Part shown: positions 36,901 to 48,600 of the stretch, in pieces
Layout of the letters: each line of letters opens with the position of its first letter
Position numbering within the stretch: position 1 is the first letter of the stretch
Assembly (NCBI RefSeq): GCF_021028975.2
Contig: NC_059439.1
Coordinates: 20,770,001-20,834,000 of the forward strand
Length of the DNA stretch: 64,000 bases
Origin: Sphaerodactylus townsendi
Lineage: Eukaryota
Reading direction: 5' to 3'
Notes under the pieces: generated by a model
The model's database searches: none
Seen by the model: the letters and a program-made list of their open reading frames with translations, nothing else
What the model was told of the DNA's origin: nothing
Position numbers and translations under genes: made by a program

Positions 36901-39900
36901 TAAAAGGGGCTTGGACAGATTTATGGAGGAGAAGTCGATCTATGGCTACCAATGTTGATCCTCCTTGATCTGAGATTGCAAATGCCTTAGCAGACCAGCT
37001 GCTCGGGAGCAGCAGCAGCAGCAGAAGGCCATTGCTTTCACATCCTGCATGTGGGCTCCCAAAGGCACCTGGTGGGCCACTGCAAGTAGCAGAGGGCTGA
37101 ACTAGATGGACTCTGGTCTGATCCAGCAGGCTCTTTCTTATGTTCTTATGGAGGGTCAACAACAGGGCATAGAGACCCAGGCTTTCTCCTAACGTTGCTA
37201 CAAGTTAAGACTGTCTGGTTAAGTACTGCTAGTCAGCTAACAAAATAGGGAAAGGCTTTTTAAGAAATACCCTGTTTCCCCGAATATAAGACACCTCAGA
37301 AAATAAGACGTAGTAGAGGTTTAGCTGAAGTGCGAAATATAAGGCATCCCCCAAAAGTAAGACGTAGCAAAGTTTTTGTTTGGAAGCATGGCCGACGAAC
37401 AGAATACAGAAATATAAGACATCCCCTGAAAATAAGACATAGCGCATCTTTGGGAGCAAAAATTGATATAAGACACTGTCTTATATTTGGGGAAACACGG
37501 TAGTTTCCCATCTACTTGAGCCAAAAGAGAGAAAATGTAACAATTCCAGCCGTTGCCACATATTCAAACTAAAATCAAAGTAATATATATCTGGGGAGGA
37601 TGAGGCAAAGGTCAGTACAAAAACTTCATCAACCCACTAATCTTTTGATTGTTATGATTATTCATTTCCTCTTTTAACTTAGCTCCACCACTTCCTGAGA
37701 AGCGTGCCCTTCAACAACAGTGCTGGAGATGCTGTGAGTTTCGATGAACGTGGAGAACTAAGAGCAGGTTTTGATGTTACTAACTGGATCACTTTCCCAA
37801 ACAACTCTTTTGCTAGAGTGAAAGTGGGCAGACTGGATCCTCATGCTGTGCCAGGAAATGCATTAACTCTACATGAAGATCGAATTGTGTGGCCTAGAAG
37901 CTTTAACCAGGTGACACATCAAAGCAGGAGCTTGAATCGATATAAAAACTAAACAAAAGAAAGGTCCGTGAGCTCTGTCAGGTGATGACCGAAGCTGAAT
38001 AAACGTGGCCTTTTAAACCCAGGCTTTTCCCTGGGTTTCCATGGAAATAGGAAAAACTACTGAGATCAAACTTGAATTTTTCATGGAAGTTTACCATAGT
38101 CTCAAAATACACTTTGGAGCCGCAAGAGCCAGCGTGGTGTAGTGGTTAAGAGTGGTGGACTCCAATCTAGCGAACCAGGTTTTAGTTTCCACTCTTCCCC
38201 ATAAGCAGTAGACTCTTATCTGGTAAACTGGATTTATTTCCCCGTTCCTACATATGAAGCTGCTGGGTGGGCTTGGACTGGTCACAGTTCTCTCAGAACT
38301 CTCTCAGCCCCACCTACCTCACAAGGTGTCTGTTGTGGGCAGAGGAAGGGAAAGGAGTTTGTCTTGAGTCCCTTCATAGGAGAGAAAGGCGGAGCATAAA
38401 TCCGAACTACTACTCCTCCTCTTCCTCCTCCTCTTCTTCTGTTGCAAGTTTATTTGACAAGAACAACAGAAAAATACATCCCAATTAGTTCCAGTTATAT
38501 TTCTTGTTTGATCACCATGATTGACTAGCCCTTTAGAACGTGTTAGGGAATTTCAGTATGTATTAACTCATAAATCGATCAAAGACTTTCTAAATTCAAT
38601 ATCTATATGTTCTGGATAGTTAAACATCAGAGCATTTTCATCTCTGAATCAGTGAGTTATTTGGGGGGGGGGGGACAGACAATGAAGTCTTAACAGTCTG
38701 ATGCCTTCAAGGTGCAAATGGCAATTTTTGATATATTCATTCTATTCTACTTGCATTTGATAAGACATGCGCTTTATATATTTCTTTGATGGTTTCTGAT
38801 TTATTGGCAGGTGGTGCCCCATTCTTTGTGCAATGATCCATGCCATCCTGGCTATAGCAAAGAAAAGAAGGAAGGAGCAAAATTTTGCTGTTATAACTGT
38901 GCTCTCTGTCCAGAAGGAATGTTCTCAGACCAGAAGGGTAGGAAATAAAATATGCAGCAGTTTGACAACTGAGCATGGGGGGAAAAAACTTCTTATTATA
39001 TGTTGTTTATTTATAAAAATTTATATCCCACTGTTCTGCCCAATTAGGACAGCCAAAGTAGCTAATTATTAAAAGCAAACTCTGAGAAAACATGTCAAAG
39101 GGCAAAATAAAAGATGTATTAAAAACAGTAATTAAAACATAGGCTAGGAAGGAGAGGTCATTGAGGGAATGCGAGAGAAGGATGGGGTCTTCACCCACCA
39201 ATGGAAGGAGACAGATAACTATCCAAGAGCAAATAGTTAGGCCCTTTCCGCACATGCATAATAATACACTTTCAATCCACTTTCACAACTGTTTGCAAGT
39301 GGATTTTGCTATTCCGCACAGCCGCAAAGTGGATTGAAAGTGAATTGAAAGTGCATTATTCTGCATGTGTGGAAGGCGCATAACACTCTTTTGTTGATAT
39401 GAACAAGATGGCTCTGTCTTGGTTTACTCCCTGCTTAAACTCAGAAGTCGGGGGAGCCAAAGTAGACCTTCTAAAAATTATCATAATGGTCAAGTAGATT
39501 TGATTGGGAATAGGCAGAATAGGCAGTTCTGAAGTTGGGCTAGTCCCAAACTATACAGAGCTTTAAAAGTCTGCCCAGCATCTTGAACTGGGCCTAGAAA
39601 CCAACTGGAAGTCAATGCAGAAAGACCAAAATTGGAGTGATATGTTCCCTGCGAACCACTCCAGTCAGTATCCTGATTGCAGCATTTTGTATCATTTGGG
39701 TTTCCAAACACTTTTCTAGCCCCACATGGCCCCAAGTAGACCACAAAGCAGTAATTGAATTTATATGGACTTACCTAAATTAATAAAATCTAGAGAAAAA
39801 ATGAAAACATTCAACTATTATTTTTTTCAGACATGGATGCCTGTGTCAAATGCTCAGAAGACAGATATCCAAACAAGAAACAGAATGAATGCATTCCCAG

Positions 39901-40732
39901 GACTCGAAGCTTCCTTTCTTACAAAGAATATTTGGGCATTGTTTTAGCTGTGATGGCTCTTTCATTCTCTTTGAGCACTGCCTTGGTACTGGCAATATTT
40001 GTGAAGCACCAAAACACACCCATAGTCAAAGCCAACAACCGTCACCTTTCCTACATTCTCCTCATCTCCCTTCTGCTTTGCTTCCTATGCTCCTTGCTGT
40101 TCATCGGGAAACCTGGAAAGGTGACCTGCCTTCTCCAACAAACAGCTTTTGGTATCATTTTCTCTATGGCTCTTTCCAGTGTGTTGGCCAAAACCATCAC
40201 TGTGGTTTTAGCATTCATGGCCACCAAACCGGGATCCAGGGTGAGAAAATGGGTGGGGAAAAGAATGGCAAACTCTCTTGTTCTTTCCTGCACCTTTGTC
40301 CAATCAGGTATTTGTACTCTTTGGCTAAGTACTTCCCCTCCATTCCCAGATACAGACATGCATTCACTAAATGGGATAATCATACTGAAATGCAATGAGG
40401 GATCAACTGCCATGTTTTACAGTGTCTTGAGCTATATGGGTTTCTTGGCCATCGTTAGCTTCACAGTGGCTTTCCTAGCCAGGAAGCTACCTGACAGTTT
40501 CAATGAAGCTAAGTTTATCACTTTTAGCATGTTGGTTTTTTGCAGTGTCTGGGTGTGTTTTGTCCCTACCTACCTGAGCACCAAAGGAAAATATATGATT
40601 GCCGTGGAGATCTTCTCCATTTTGGCCTCCAGTGCTGGTTTACTGGGTTGCATTTTTTCCCCAAAATGTTACATTATCATAATGAGACCTGAGCTGAACA
40701 ATGCAGAGCATGTTATAAGGAGAAAGAAATGA
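30916..40732 (+). CDS. V2R-B, vomeronasal type-2 receptor, 6 coding exons: join(30916..31175,32864..33155,35704..36561,37683..37910,38811..38937,39831..40732), ~888 aa
   Basis: GT-AG junctions; exon sizes 260/292/858/228/127/902 = 2667 nt in frame; all V2R motifs present. Alternative in-frame start at 30943. Confidence 0.94.
31905..32715 (+). mobile_element. CR1 LINE 3' fragment in V2R-B intron 1
   Basis: RT C-terminus ([33 protein letters not shown]); (TTCTTATG)n tail; 17-bp flanking duplication tatcttaagtgataagc. Confidence 0.93.
34590..34840. mobile_element. Harbinger-like palindromic MITE with tandemly triplicated left arm (72-bp period)
   Basis: ggtcgaatccccactaccgtcttagccagg... three times, then one inverted copy; 3-bp TSD ctc. 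Confidence 0.75.
35258..35447. mobile_element. Penelope-like element terminal-repeat fragment (inverted pair)
   Basis: Typical squamate PLE end (gccatacagcccggaaac..; gaaagccttcgaca-like) in both orientations; 13-bp TSD aaagtcctaaata. Related fragment at ~14695-14785. Confidence 0.7.
36765..37150 (+). mobile_element. CR1 LINE 3' fragment
   Basis: Same family, tail present. Confidence 0.9.
37270..37500. mobile_element. Tc1/mariner-superfamily MITE
   Basis: TIR ccctgtttccccgaatataagaca / tgtcttatatttggggaaacacgg; TA TSD; internal ataagac repeats. Confidence 0.85.
38124..38440 (+). mobile_element. tRNA-derived SINE (Squam3-like)
   Basis: tggtgtagtggttaag A-box, core and simple-repeat tail. 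Confidence 0.8.
39240..39378. mobile_element. Palindromic Harbinger-like MITE
   Basis: Same family as 23123-23274. Confidence 0.75.
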
Positions 40733-41033
40733 AAAAAAAGGTACGTTTATGTCTGCATTCTCTGTCAGCAAGCCTCCTGGGACTGTTATGTCTCTTTTTG
40801 TGGCTCCTTGTGCAAAACCATCACAGTGTAGTTTGCCAAAAAAAAATTACACTTCTCAGTTTATTCTTTTTCCTTTAATCTTTATTATGAAACATCTTCA
40901 GAAGTATATTTCAGAGTGCTGTACACTGGTTCAAACAACAAAGATGTGAATGAGCTACCCAAAGAGTGCAGGGTGGCTTCAGTGAGAACTGATCAATGGG
41001 AAATGATACTCATTATATTGTTTTATACCAGTT

Positions 41034-41905
41034 GAGAGCCAGTGTAGTATAGTGGTTAAGAGCAGGTGGACTCTAATCTGGAGAACGGGTTTTGAGTCCC
41101 TACTCTTAAGCATAAGCATAAGCATTTTATTGTCATTGTGCACGCACAACGAAATTTACAGCAGCATTCCTCGATGCACACAATTTCAGACTCATACCCC
41201 ATCCTCACTTTCCCCTTCGTCCACCCATCCCTACACAGCCCCAAACACATCAACACGAAGCCACAGAGTTCAGCATAGCCACAGCTCTAGAGTAGAAGCT
41301 GTCTCTAAGCCTCTTTGTCCTAGTTTTGATAGACCTGTATCGTCTGCCAGATGGTAACAATTCAAAAAGAAAGTGGGCTGGATGAGACGGGTCTCTCAGA
41401 ATATTTTGGGCTTTCTTTAAGTTTCGGGAATTATAGAGCTCTTCCAAGGAGAGGAGGGGGCAGCCGATAATCCTCTGTGCAGTAGTGATCACCCTTTGGA
41501 GCGCTTTCCAACTGCCACTGTGCAACTGCAACTGGAGAACCATACACAGATGCAGTAGGTTAAGATACTCTCTATAGCACAGTGGTAAAAGGACACCAGG
41601 AGTTTTCTATTCAGTTGTTGTTTCCTTAAAAGTCTCAGATAGTACAGTCTTCCACATGAGCAGAAGACTTTTATCCGGTGAACCAGATTTCCCCACTTTC
41701 CATTTCTGCTGGGTGACCTTGTGCTAGTCACCATTCTCTCAGAATTCTCTCAGCCCCACCTACCTCACAAGGTGTCTATTGTGGGGAGAGGAAGGGAAAG
41801 GAGTTTGTAAGCCACCTTAAGTCTCCTTAAAGGAGAGAAAAGGGGGTATAAATTCAAGCTGCTACTCCTCCTCTTGCTGCTGCTGTTGTCTTTCTTCTCC
41901 TCCTC
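41034..41905 (+). mobile_element. tRNA-derived SINE split by the Rex1 insertion
   Basis: Head at 41034-41105, body resumes ~41655. Confidence 0.75.
41108..41650 (-). mobile_element. Rex1/Babar non-LTR retrotransposon 3' fragment, inserted in a SINE
   Basis: FYHCAIESILTYCICVWF..ALQRVITTAQRIIG..DPSHPAHFLFELLPSGRRYRSIKTRT.RL.DSFY is the Rex1-type C-terminus; (ATGCTT)n tail; frameshifted. Confidence 0.8.
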
Positions 41906-42344
41906 AAAATATGCATCCACATCCTCAGCTTGAAGATTTTCCATTTCTGGATTGGAACGACCGTTTCTGGATTGGAACGACCATTTGAAAAAGTGTTGAA
42001 GTTTTACGGAAATGTTTCTAATGCCAGTTTTATGACTGCCACAGACTTCTTGTCACATTCAATAGTCCACTTAAGACTGTTTATCTCAAGTGCCCTACCC
42101 TAAACTGAGCTCCTCAGAGTTTGGAAGCAGAGCCAATTAGTAGTTGGATGGGAACACCAAGGAAGGCTGAGGTTTCTATGAAGAGGAAGGCAATGGCAAA
42201 CCATTTCTGCTTCTCCCTTGCCTTGTATTAATCATGGTCGGGGTCACCATGAATCAAATGCAGCTCAACAACACATTCCTCTTTGTACATCAGGCCATCC
42301 TTTGCCACCATATGCCAGTTTACATAACCTTCAAGGGGTGGGGG

Positions 42345-42590
42345 GGTATTTCAGTGGAATAAACTTTCTAGCTATTTCGTCCCATGTGGTGCCACAGCAA
42401 AGGCCAGCCCACTGAGGGATGACTATCCCCACCATAATTATCAAAATGAATGGTTTCCTTCTTACTACCCAAAGGATTTCACGAAGTTACTTCAAAGATA
42501 AGCAGTAATCACACCTGAAAGGAGTTATAAAACCCCCACAAATTGATCAGAGCTTATGGTAGGGCTAGACGAAGCTCTGTCACGATTGGC
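42345..42590 (+). promoter_or_regulatory. Conserved V2R upstream block, distal copy before V2R-C
   Basis: Aligns with 29322-29570; TATAAAA at 42526. Confidence 0.45.
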
Positions 42591-43384
42591 CTTCTTTCTT
42601 TCCTATTTTGTTATTTCTCTTTTTATGTTTGTTCCTCCCAAGCATCTTTCTCATTCCACTTCTTGTTACTTTGACTACGTTTTACAAATACTGGTATCAT
42701 TCTTCTTTTTTTAAATAGTTTTATCCTCTGTTACTTTCTCTGCCAAGATCAAGGCTTTTTATCTATTTTAAATGAGCTTTCTCCATGAGACATAGTAGTC
42801 ATCTCAATCAAGGTAGGTTTATCTACTTGTCCAAGAGTGTGTTGGTTAGTGTGATTTGAAATTACAGGTAATAGCTGTGTACACCTTACATATAGAGAGT
42901 ATTTTATATGGGCTTTACTCTTCAGTTCTGCCCCTGGGCATAAAGCCTCTACTATTGGCCGCATTGAGCCTATCTTGGCCGGACAATCCTTGGCCACATT
43001 CTGCCCTTTTCAGATGTGTGTATTTGAAGGGTTAGTAAGCCTAATGGCAAAACTTTTCATTAGTTATTTCCCAGGTTTAAAAAAAACCTTCTGCATCTTC
43101 TACAGTGACTGAGTGCATATTCAACTGCTTATTCTTTTAAAAAAAGAATGGAGCTTTCCTCTGGTGTTTCATCATTTTGCTTGCTGTCGTGTCTGGGTTA
43201 TGAGAAATATGAAAGCTACTCCGATGCAAATTTGTTTCAGGCTGACTTTATTTTCTCCTGGGTCCTTCCTCATTTTCAAGAGCATTCAAGTTAGCTTACA
43301 AGTGTAAAACATGGTGAGATATATACTTTAATTTTGTACTAGAATGATTGTAGACTTTAAGCTGCACTATCTCTCGAGCCAATC

Positions 43385-44170
43385 GACATGCGTTTTCAAG
43401 ACACATCTGTTAGGTTGCAGATCCAGCATGTGGGAGTTCATTGCTTGTTTCCTTACATTTGTTTGCACACACTTAAGCCGGAAATGTGTCCCGGACCCCC
43501 CCTTCTGTGCCAGCATCTCCAGCCGTTGTTCCGCATTTTTTCCTGTCGCCATCAATACCTCTGCAACTTTCTTTGAAAACCGGTTTCTACAATCTGGTGG
43601 CTAGGTGCTAAACAAATCTGGAGTAAGCTGCATACAGTCAGGGTGACGCCACAGTGTGACGCGACTCTTGATCCAGCCAATGGGGAACGCTGGATTGGGC
43701 ATTTGCCGGTTGCTGCGCTAGCAAGACATCCTGCATTGTTCCACTTGAGTCTCACTTTCGACTGCCTCCCCTCCTCGCTGTTTCGGGTTGTGTGCGCCTG
43801 ATAGCTCGAAAGGCTACCAAGTCCCCATGGCACCGCTGTTTTGATACATTTGCAGCACGGTGACGGTTCATTCAGTCATTTCGCCTCCGTTAACACGGTA
43901 GCTCAACAGCCCGTCCACGGAAACGGGATGGGAAGCAATTTGGAAGCCCGCCCCCAGACGGCCCCCATGATGGTGCGACAGCCAATCAGAGCGGTCATTT
44001 GCGCCACATTCCTGGGCGATGCAGAAACCCAGGAGTTGCGAAGCAGGCAGAAGATGTGTGACTACCTGGCCATGTGTGAATGCCATCGAGCGACGAAACT
44101 GCATCAAAAAGGTCAGGAATTAATGCGGTTTGCTTTTATTCTAGAATAAAAAGTGTGTGCGAAAACGCCC
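43385..44170. mobile_element. CpG-rich ~0.8-kb insertion, probably a Harbinger-like DNA transposon derivative
   Basis: Absent from the paralogous site (~58320); right end gtgtgcgaaaacgccc, degenerate left end gcgttttcaagacac. Confidence 0.55.
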
Positions 44171-44429
44171 GATTATCTGACTTGTGTCATTTCTGCATTG
44201 CTTAACGTGTCATGTGAATACTTATGCTTGGTTTTAATTTTGTTTCAACTTTCCTTCAGATTTTGATTCAGTGTCAGATCTCCTGTAACCCTGATGTTAT
44301 TATACTGCTTTCTGAAGATCCCATTCTGTTGATTGTATTGACTTACACTGTGTAATATACCACGAGTCACTGAGAAAGGCACACTAAATAAATCATCTAT
44401 CTAAAATAAATTTATACAGTTCCTTTCAG

Positions 44430-44810
44430 TTTGCTTATGAATCATTTTCACCACTGCAAGGTGGCCAAATGCTTTTTTCCTTCCATGTATGAGATGGTCC
44501 CCACTGAGTCCTGTCAGTACATGGAAACTGTTTGGTTACTTTATCACTTTAACTGGTCATGGATAGGCCTCTTTGCTATGGATGATGACAAAATGGACAG
44601 GTTTTTGGAGTCACTGATGTCCCTGTTTTCCCAGAACAGAATCTGCTATGACTTTACATTAAAAAACCCCAAACGCATTTATACGAATGATTTGGTAGAA
44701 CTGCTTTATACAATGTTGGGCAAATATTCAATTCTCATGGATAGCAAAACCACGGTATATTTAGTATATGGACAACCTACATCAATGTATGTCTGGAGAA
44801 TAACATTCAG
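44430..44810 (+). pseudogene. Orphan truncated V2R exon-3 fragment upstream of V2R-C
   Basis: Acceptor tcctttcag, then FAYESFSP, a +1 frameshift in a T run, then MYEMVPTESCQYM..HFNWSWIGLFA. Homology ends after about 125 codons with no exon-3 donor. Confidence 0.85.
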
Positions 44811-44857
44811 GTTTTATTGTGACAAGTGATGTCTCATCAGAAGGCAACCCAATGTTA

Positions 44858-45176
44858 GAAGAAGAAGAAGAAGAGTTTGGATTTATATCCCCCCTTTCTC
44901 TCCTGTAGGAGACTCAAAGGGGCTTACAATCACCTTGCCCTTCCCCCCTCACAACAAACACCCTGTGAGGTGGGTGGGACTGAGAGAGCTCCGAGAAGCT
45001 GTGACTAGCCCAAGGTCACCCAGCTGGCGTGTGTGGGAGTGCACAGGCTAATCTGAATTCCCCAGATAAGCCTCCACAACTCAAGCGGCAGAGCTGGGAA
45101 TCAAACCCGGTTCCTCCAGATCAGAGTGCACCTGCTCTTAGCCACTGCTCTTAGCCACTACGCCACTGCTGCTCCC
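44858..45176 (-). mobile_element. Young tRNA-derived SINE (Squam3-like)
   Basis: Full length with (GAA)n on +; absent at the V2R-D paralogous site. Confidence 0.85.
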
Positions 45177-45311
45177 TGTTACATGATAATCTCCATGTTA
45201 CATGATAATCTCCGCAACCATCTGACAAAATTAACAATTCCTTTTTTATACCCAACTTTTTTTCACAGACTTAAACAGACCAACAATAAACATACTTGAA
45301 TGATTCTATAC

Positions 45312-45479
45312 TAGCGGTTCTCAACCTGTGGGTCGAATGACCCTTTCACAGGGGTCGCCTAAGACTCTCTGCATCAGTGTTCTCCATCTGTAAAATGGAT
45401 AAATGTTAGGGTTGGGGGTCACCACAACATGAGTAACTGCATTAAAGGGTCACGGCATTAGGAAGGTTGAGAACCACTG
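45312..45479 (+). mobile_element. SPIN/URR1-type hAT MITE
   Basis: TIRs (t)agcggttctcaacct / aggttgagaaccactg; internal gaccctttcacaggggtcgcctaagac and ggttgggggtcaccacaacatgag; 8-bp TSD ttctatac/ttctatat. Confidence 0.85.
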
Positions 45480-45657
45480 TTCTATATGAATCCAATATAA
45501 TGGTAAGCAAAATGTACGGATAGGCAGGGTCTATAAATCTGTTGTTGTTTTTTTCATTCTTTGCCCCTTTTATATTGAGGCTGTATTTCCTAGTTGTTTC
45601 CAGAGTTCAAAACAAAACCGTTCAAATGTCTCTTAACCCACAGATGGAATCCTGAGG

Positions 45658-48600
45658 ATGTGCACCTTAAGGACAAATTTTATTTTGTGGTTGGGGCTAA
45701 CAGTGATGTTGCCACTTGGAGTGCTGTTTCCTACTCTATCCAAGAAACTTTCCATTAGTTGCACGGTTCCTGATGACCCCCTTCCTATTTCTCATGGATT
45801 TTATCAAGATGGTGACCTTATGTTTGGTGAAATGGTCAGCCACATGTTCTTCTTTCATGACTCTCCCTCGTTCATGGAGCAACCTGCACTGAAGCGGATT
45901 CATAAACCTCTGTAAGGAATTGCTTCTTTTTTCTATGTTTAGACCTTATAGCTACTGACAGAAGTTGTAGTGTTGTTCTCCCTCAACACATTGTTGATAT
46001 TGTCCCATCAGTGCATTAGACAAGTTATTCAACCATTGGGGTCTCTTGCCCACACAGAAAAATCCAGTTGCAAATGATTGCTATAGTGCTTCACTGTGCA
46101 TTTGAACATAATTTTGCAACAGTAACTGCTGTTTAATGTGCAGAAATGAGGAAGTTAAGCTTTTTACAGAATCAAGAAAAAGATTAATTCTTTAAAACCA
46201 CTTATGGAGGAAGAAAGTCCTTTATTACAATCAGAGATCTGTAAACAAAAATAGCAGATCTGTCGAGCAAGACTTATTCTCATGAAACAATAATTCATTT
46301 AAAATATTGCAAGTTAAATAATAAAATGCAAAATAATAAAATTGCTTGTTAAGCCTAGCCGATGTTTCGCTGTCTTATCAAACAAGCAAGTGCACAGAAT
46401 CTTGCTACTTTGCATGTAATTTAATTGTGCATATCGTCAAGAAGTAGCAATGAATAGAAATGATCTGTTCCATCTAGCTAATTAATTAATGTTGCAGAGA
46501 TTTATCAAATTCAGATGTCCTGTTAGAAGTCAGTGTAGGAGCACATGCTCTGTTTTCTACTGCACCAGACTGGCATGGGCATAAATGGTGTGCATTCAGA
46601 GTGTGAATATATCTTCCTTAAATTAGAGCTGAAAGTGCATTAAATTGAGCAAGAGAGAATGCTCTACGGTGTTTTGAATATTCTAAAGAGTACATATATT
46701 TTGCTGGAGCAGAGTTTGTATATAATTTTCCTGCCACAAAAGTAGGATGAAGTGTGCTCCATCTATTTGTAGTGAGATATCACACAGTTATTCTTTGATT
46801 ATTCCTCTGGCTTGTTGAAGTTCAAACTCAAATAGATCTTTGCTGGAGAGACCAAGGTGGATCAACTTTTCTTCTATTTTCCTCTGCCAGCTTGAGTAGA
46901 AATTATCAAGGAAAATTAATGATGTTAGAGAAGAGGCTATATAATTTATCTTAAGGCACATGTATATGACTTGAAGCCAAGCATGTGTATCACGGATATA
47001 GTAATTCACAAGCATTTGTTGCTCATTCTTTACTATATTAAAATAAAATTCTTTTTAAAAATTTGCAGAGAATATAGACCAAAAAAAACGCTAATTCACA
47101 GCTCTTATAGGGATGGGGGGAAATGCATTTTGTTTGGTTTACCCAATTCACATTGCAGTTCTTTGCCAAAGCAGAACATTGTGGCCATGGCATTTATTGT
47201 AAAAGAAGTCAATGAGATAGGCCAAATTTAACCAAATATTACTTTGGGTTTCTGCATACTCCTCAATGGTTTCTACCTTAGAAGCATGACCTTAAAGGTC
47301 ACCCTGGAGCTATTTTTCATGTGCCATTCATTTATCCCCAATTTTAAATATGATACCCAGAAAAATCTTATATCTGTCATTGGAGCCCGAATTACGGAAG
47401 CATATGCCGATATAGCTACCATTTCAGGAAGCTAAAAGATAATACAGGCAGACCAGGGGTGTGGGAATATGCATGTTTCACAGCCAATGCATATAATTCC
47501 ATATTGAACTGATTGATTTTTAAAAAATATTCCCTGGAGTTTGCAATTTTTATGAATAATTTTTATGCTCAACCTTGGCACATCATTATTCTGTCTTCTC
47601 AGCGTGTTTGTCTTTATCGTTCATGGATTCCAGTCATTCATAAGCATTTGTTGTTCTTTTAATAGCAGATCCCGCATGGACCAAAAACAGCAGCTTGAAA
47701 ATGGTGTGAAAACAGTGTAAAAGGGTTTAAAGCGGTGCAAAAGGGTTTACACCGTTTTCACACCACTGTTTTTGGCCCATGCAAAATCTGCCTTTATTAG
47801 AAGATTACAATAAAATTATTTTAAAAGATTTCCATAGAACGTAAAAAAAAGGTTAAGTCACTGCTGGTCTAAGAAAGGGAAAATGAATTTTTGTTTGGTT
47901 TAACTAACCTGTCATTCTCATTGCAGTTCGTTTATAAAGCACTACCAGGATATTTTGGCCTTGGCATTTGCTGTAAAAGAGCTCAATGAAAACAACCAAA
48001 TCTTACCAAATATCACTTTGGGTTTTCGCATACTCCTCAATGGTTACAGCTTTGGAAGCATGACCTATAAGGCCACCCTGGATCTCTTTCCCAATCACTA
48101 CAGATTTATACCCAATTTTAAATATGAAACCCAGAAAAATCTTATATCTGTCATTGGAGCCCGAGTCACTGAAATGTCTGCCAATATGGCTACCATCTTA
48201 GCCAGCTATAAGATGCCACAGGTAGGCCAGGGGAATGGGCTGGTTGAGGTTTTAGAACTGATTCATACAGTTTCACAGTACCTTTCAACTTGCTTGAAAA
48301 ATCCCTATATATTTTTTCAGTTCACATATGGATCCGCTTCTCCTGCGCAAAAGGACAAAACGCTGTTTCCTTATATTTACAAGATGGTCCCAGATGATAT
48401 ATTTCAGTACATGGGGGTCGTCCGCTTACTTCATCACTTTAATTGGACATGGATAGGCCTCTTTGCTGTGGATGATGAGAATGGAGATAGGTTTTTGCAG
48501 ATACTGATGCCCTTACTTTACCAGAACAGAATCTGTTGTGACTTCACACTAAGAACCCCAAAACGGACTTATACGGGTGATTTGATAAACAGGATTTCAG

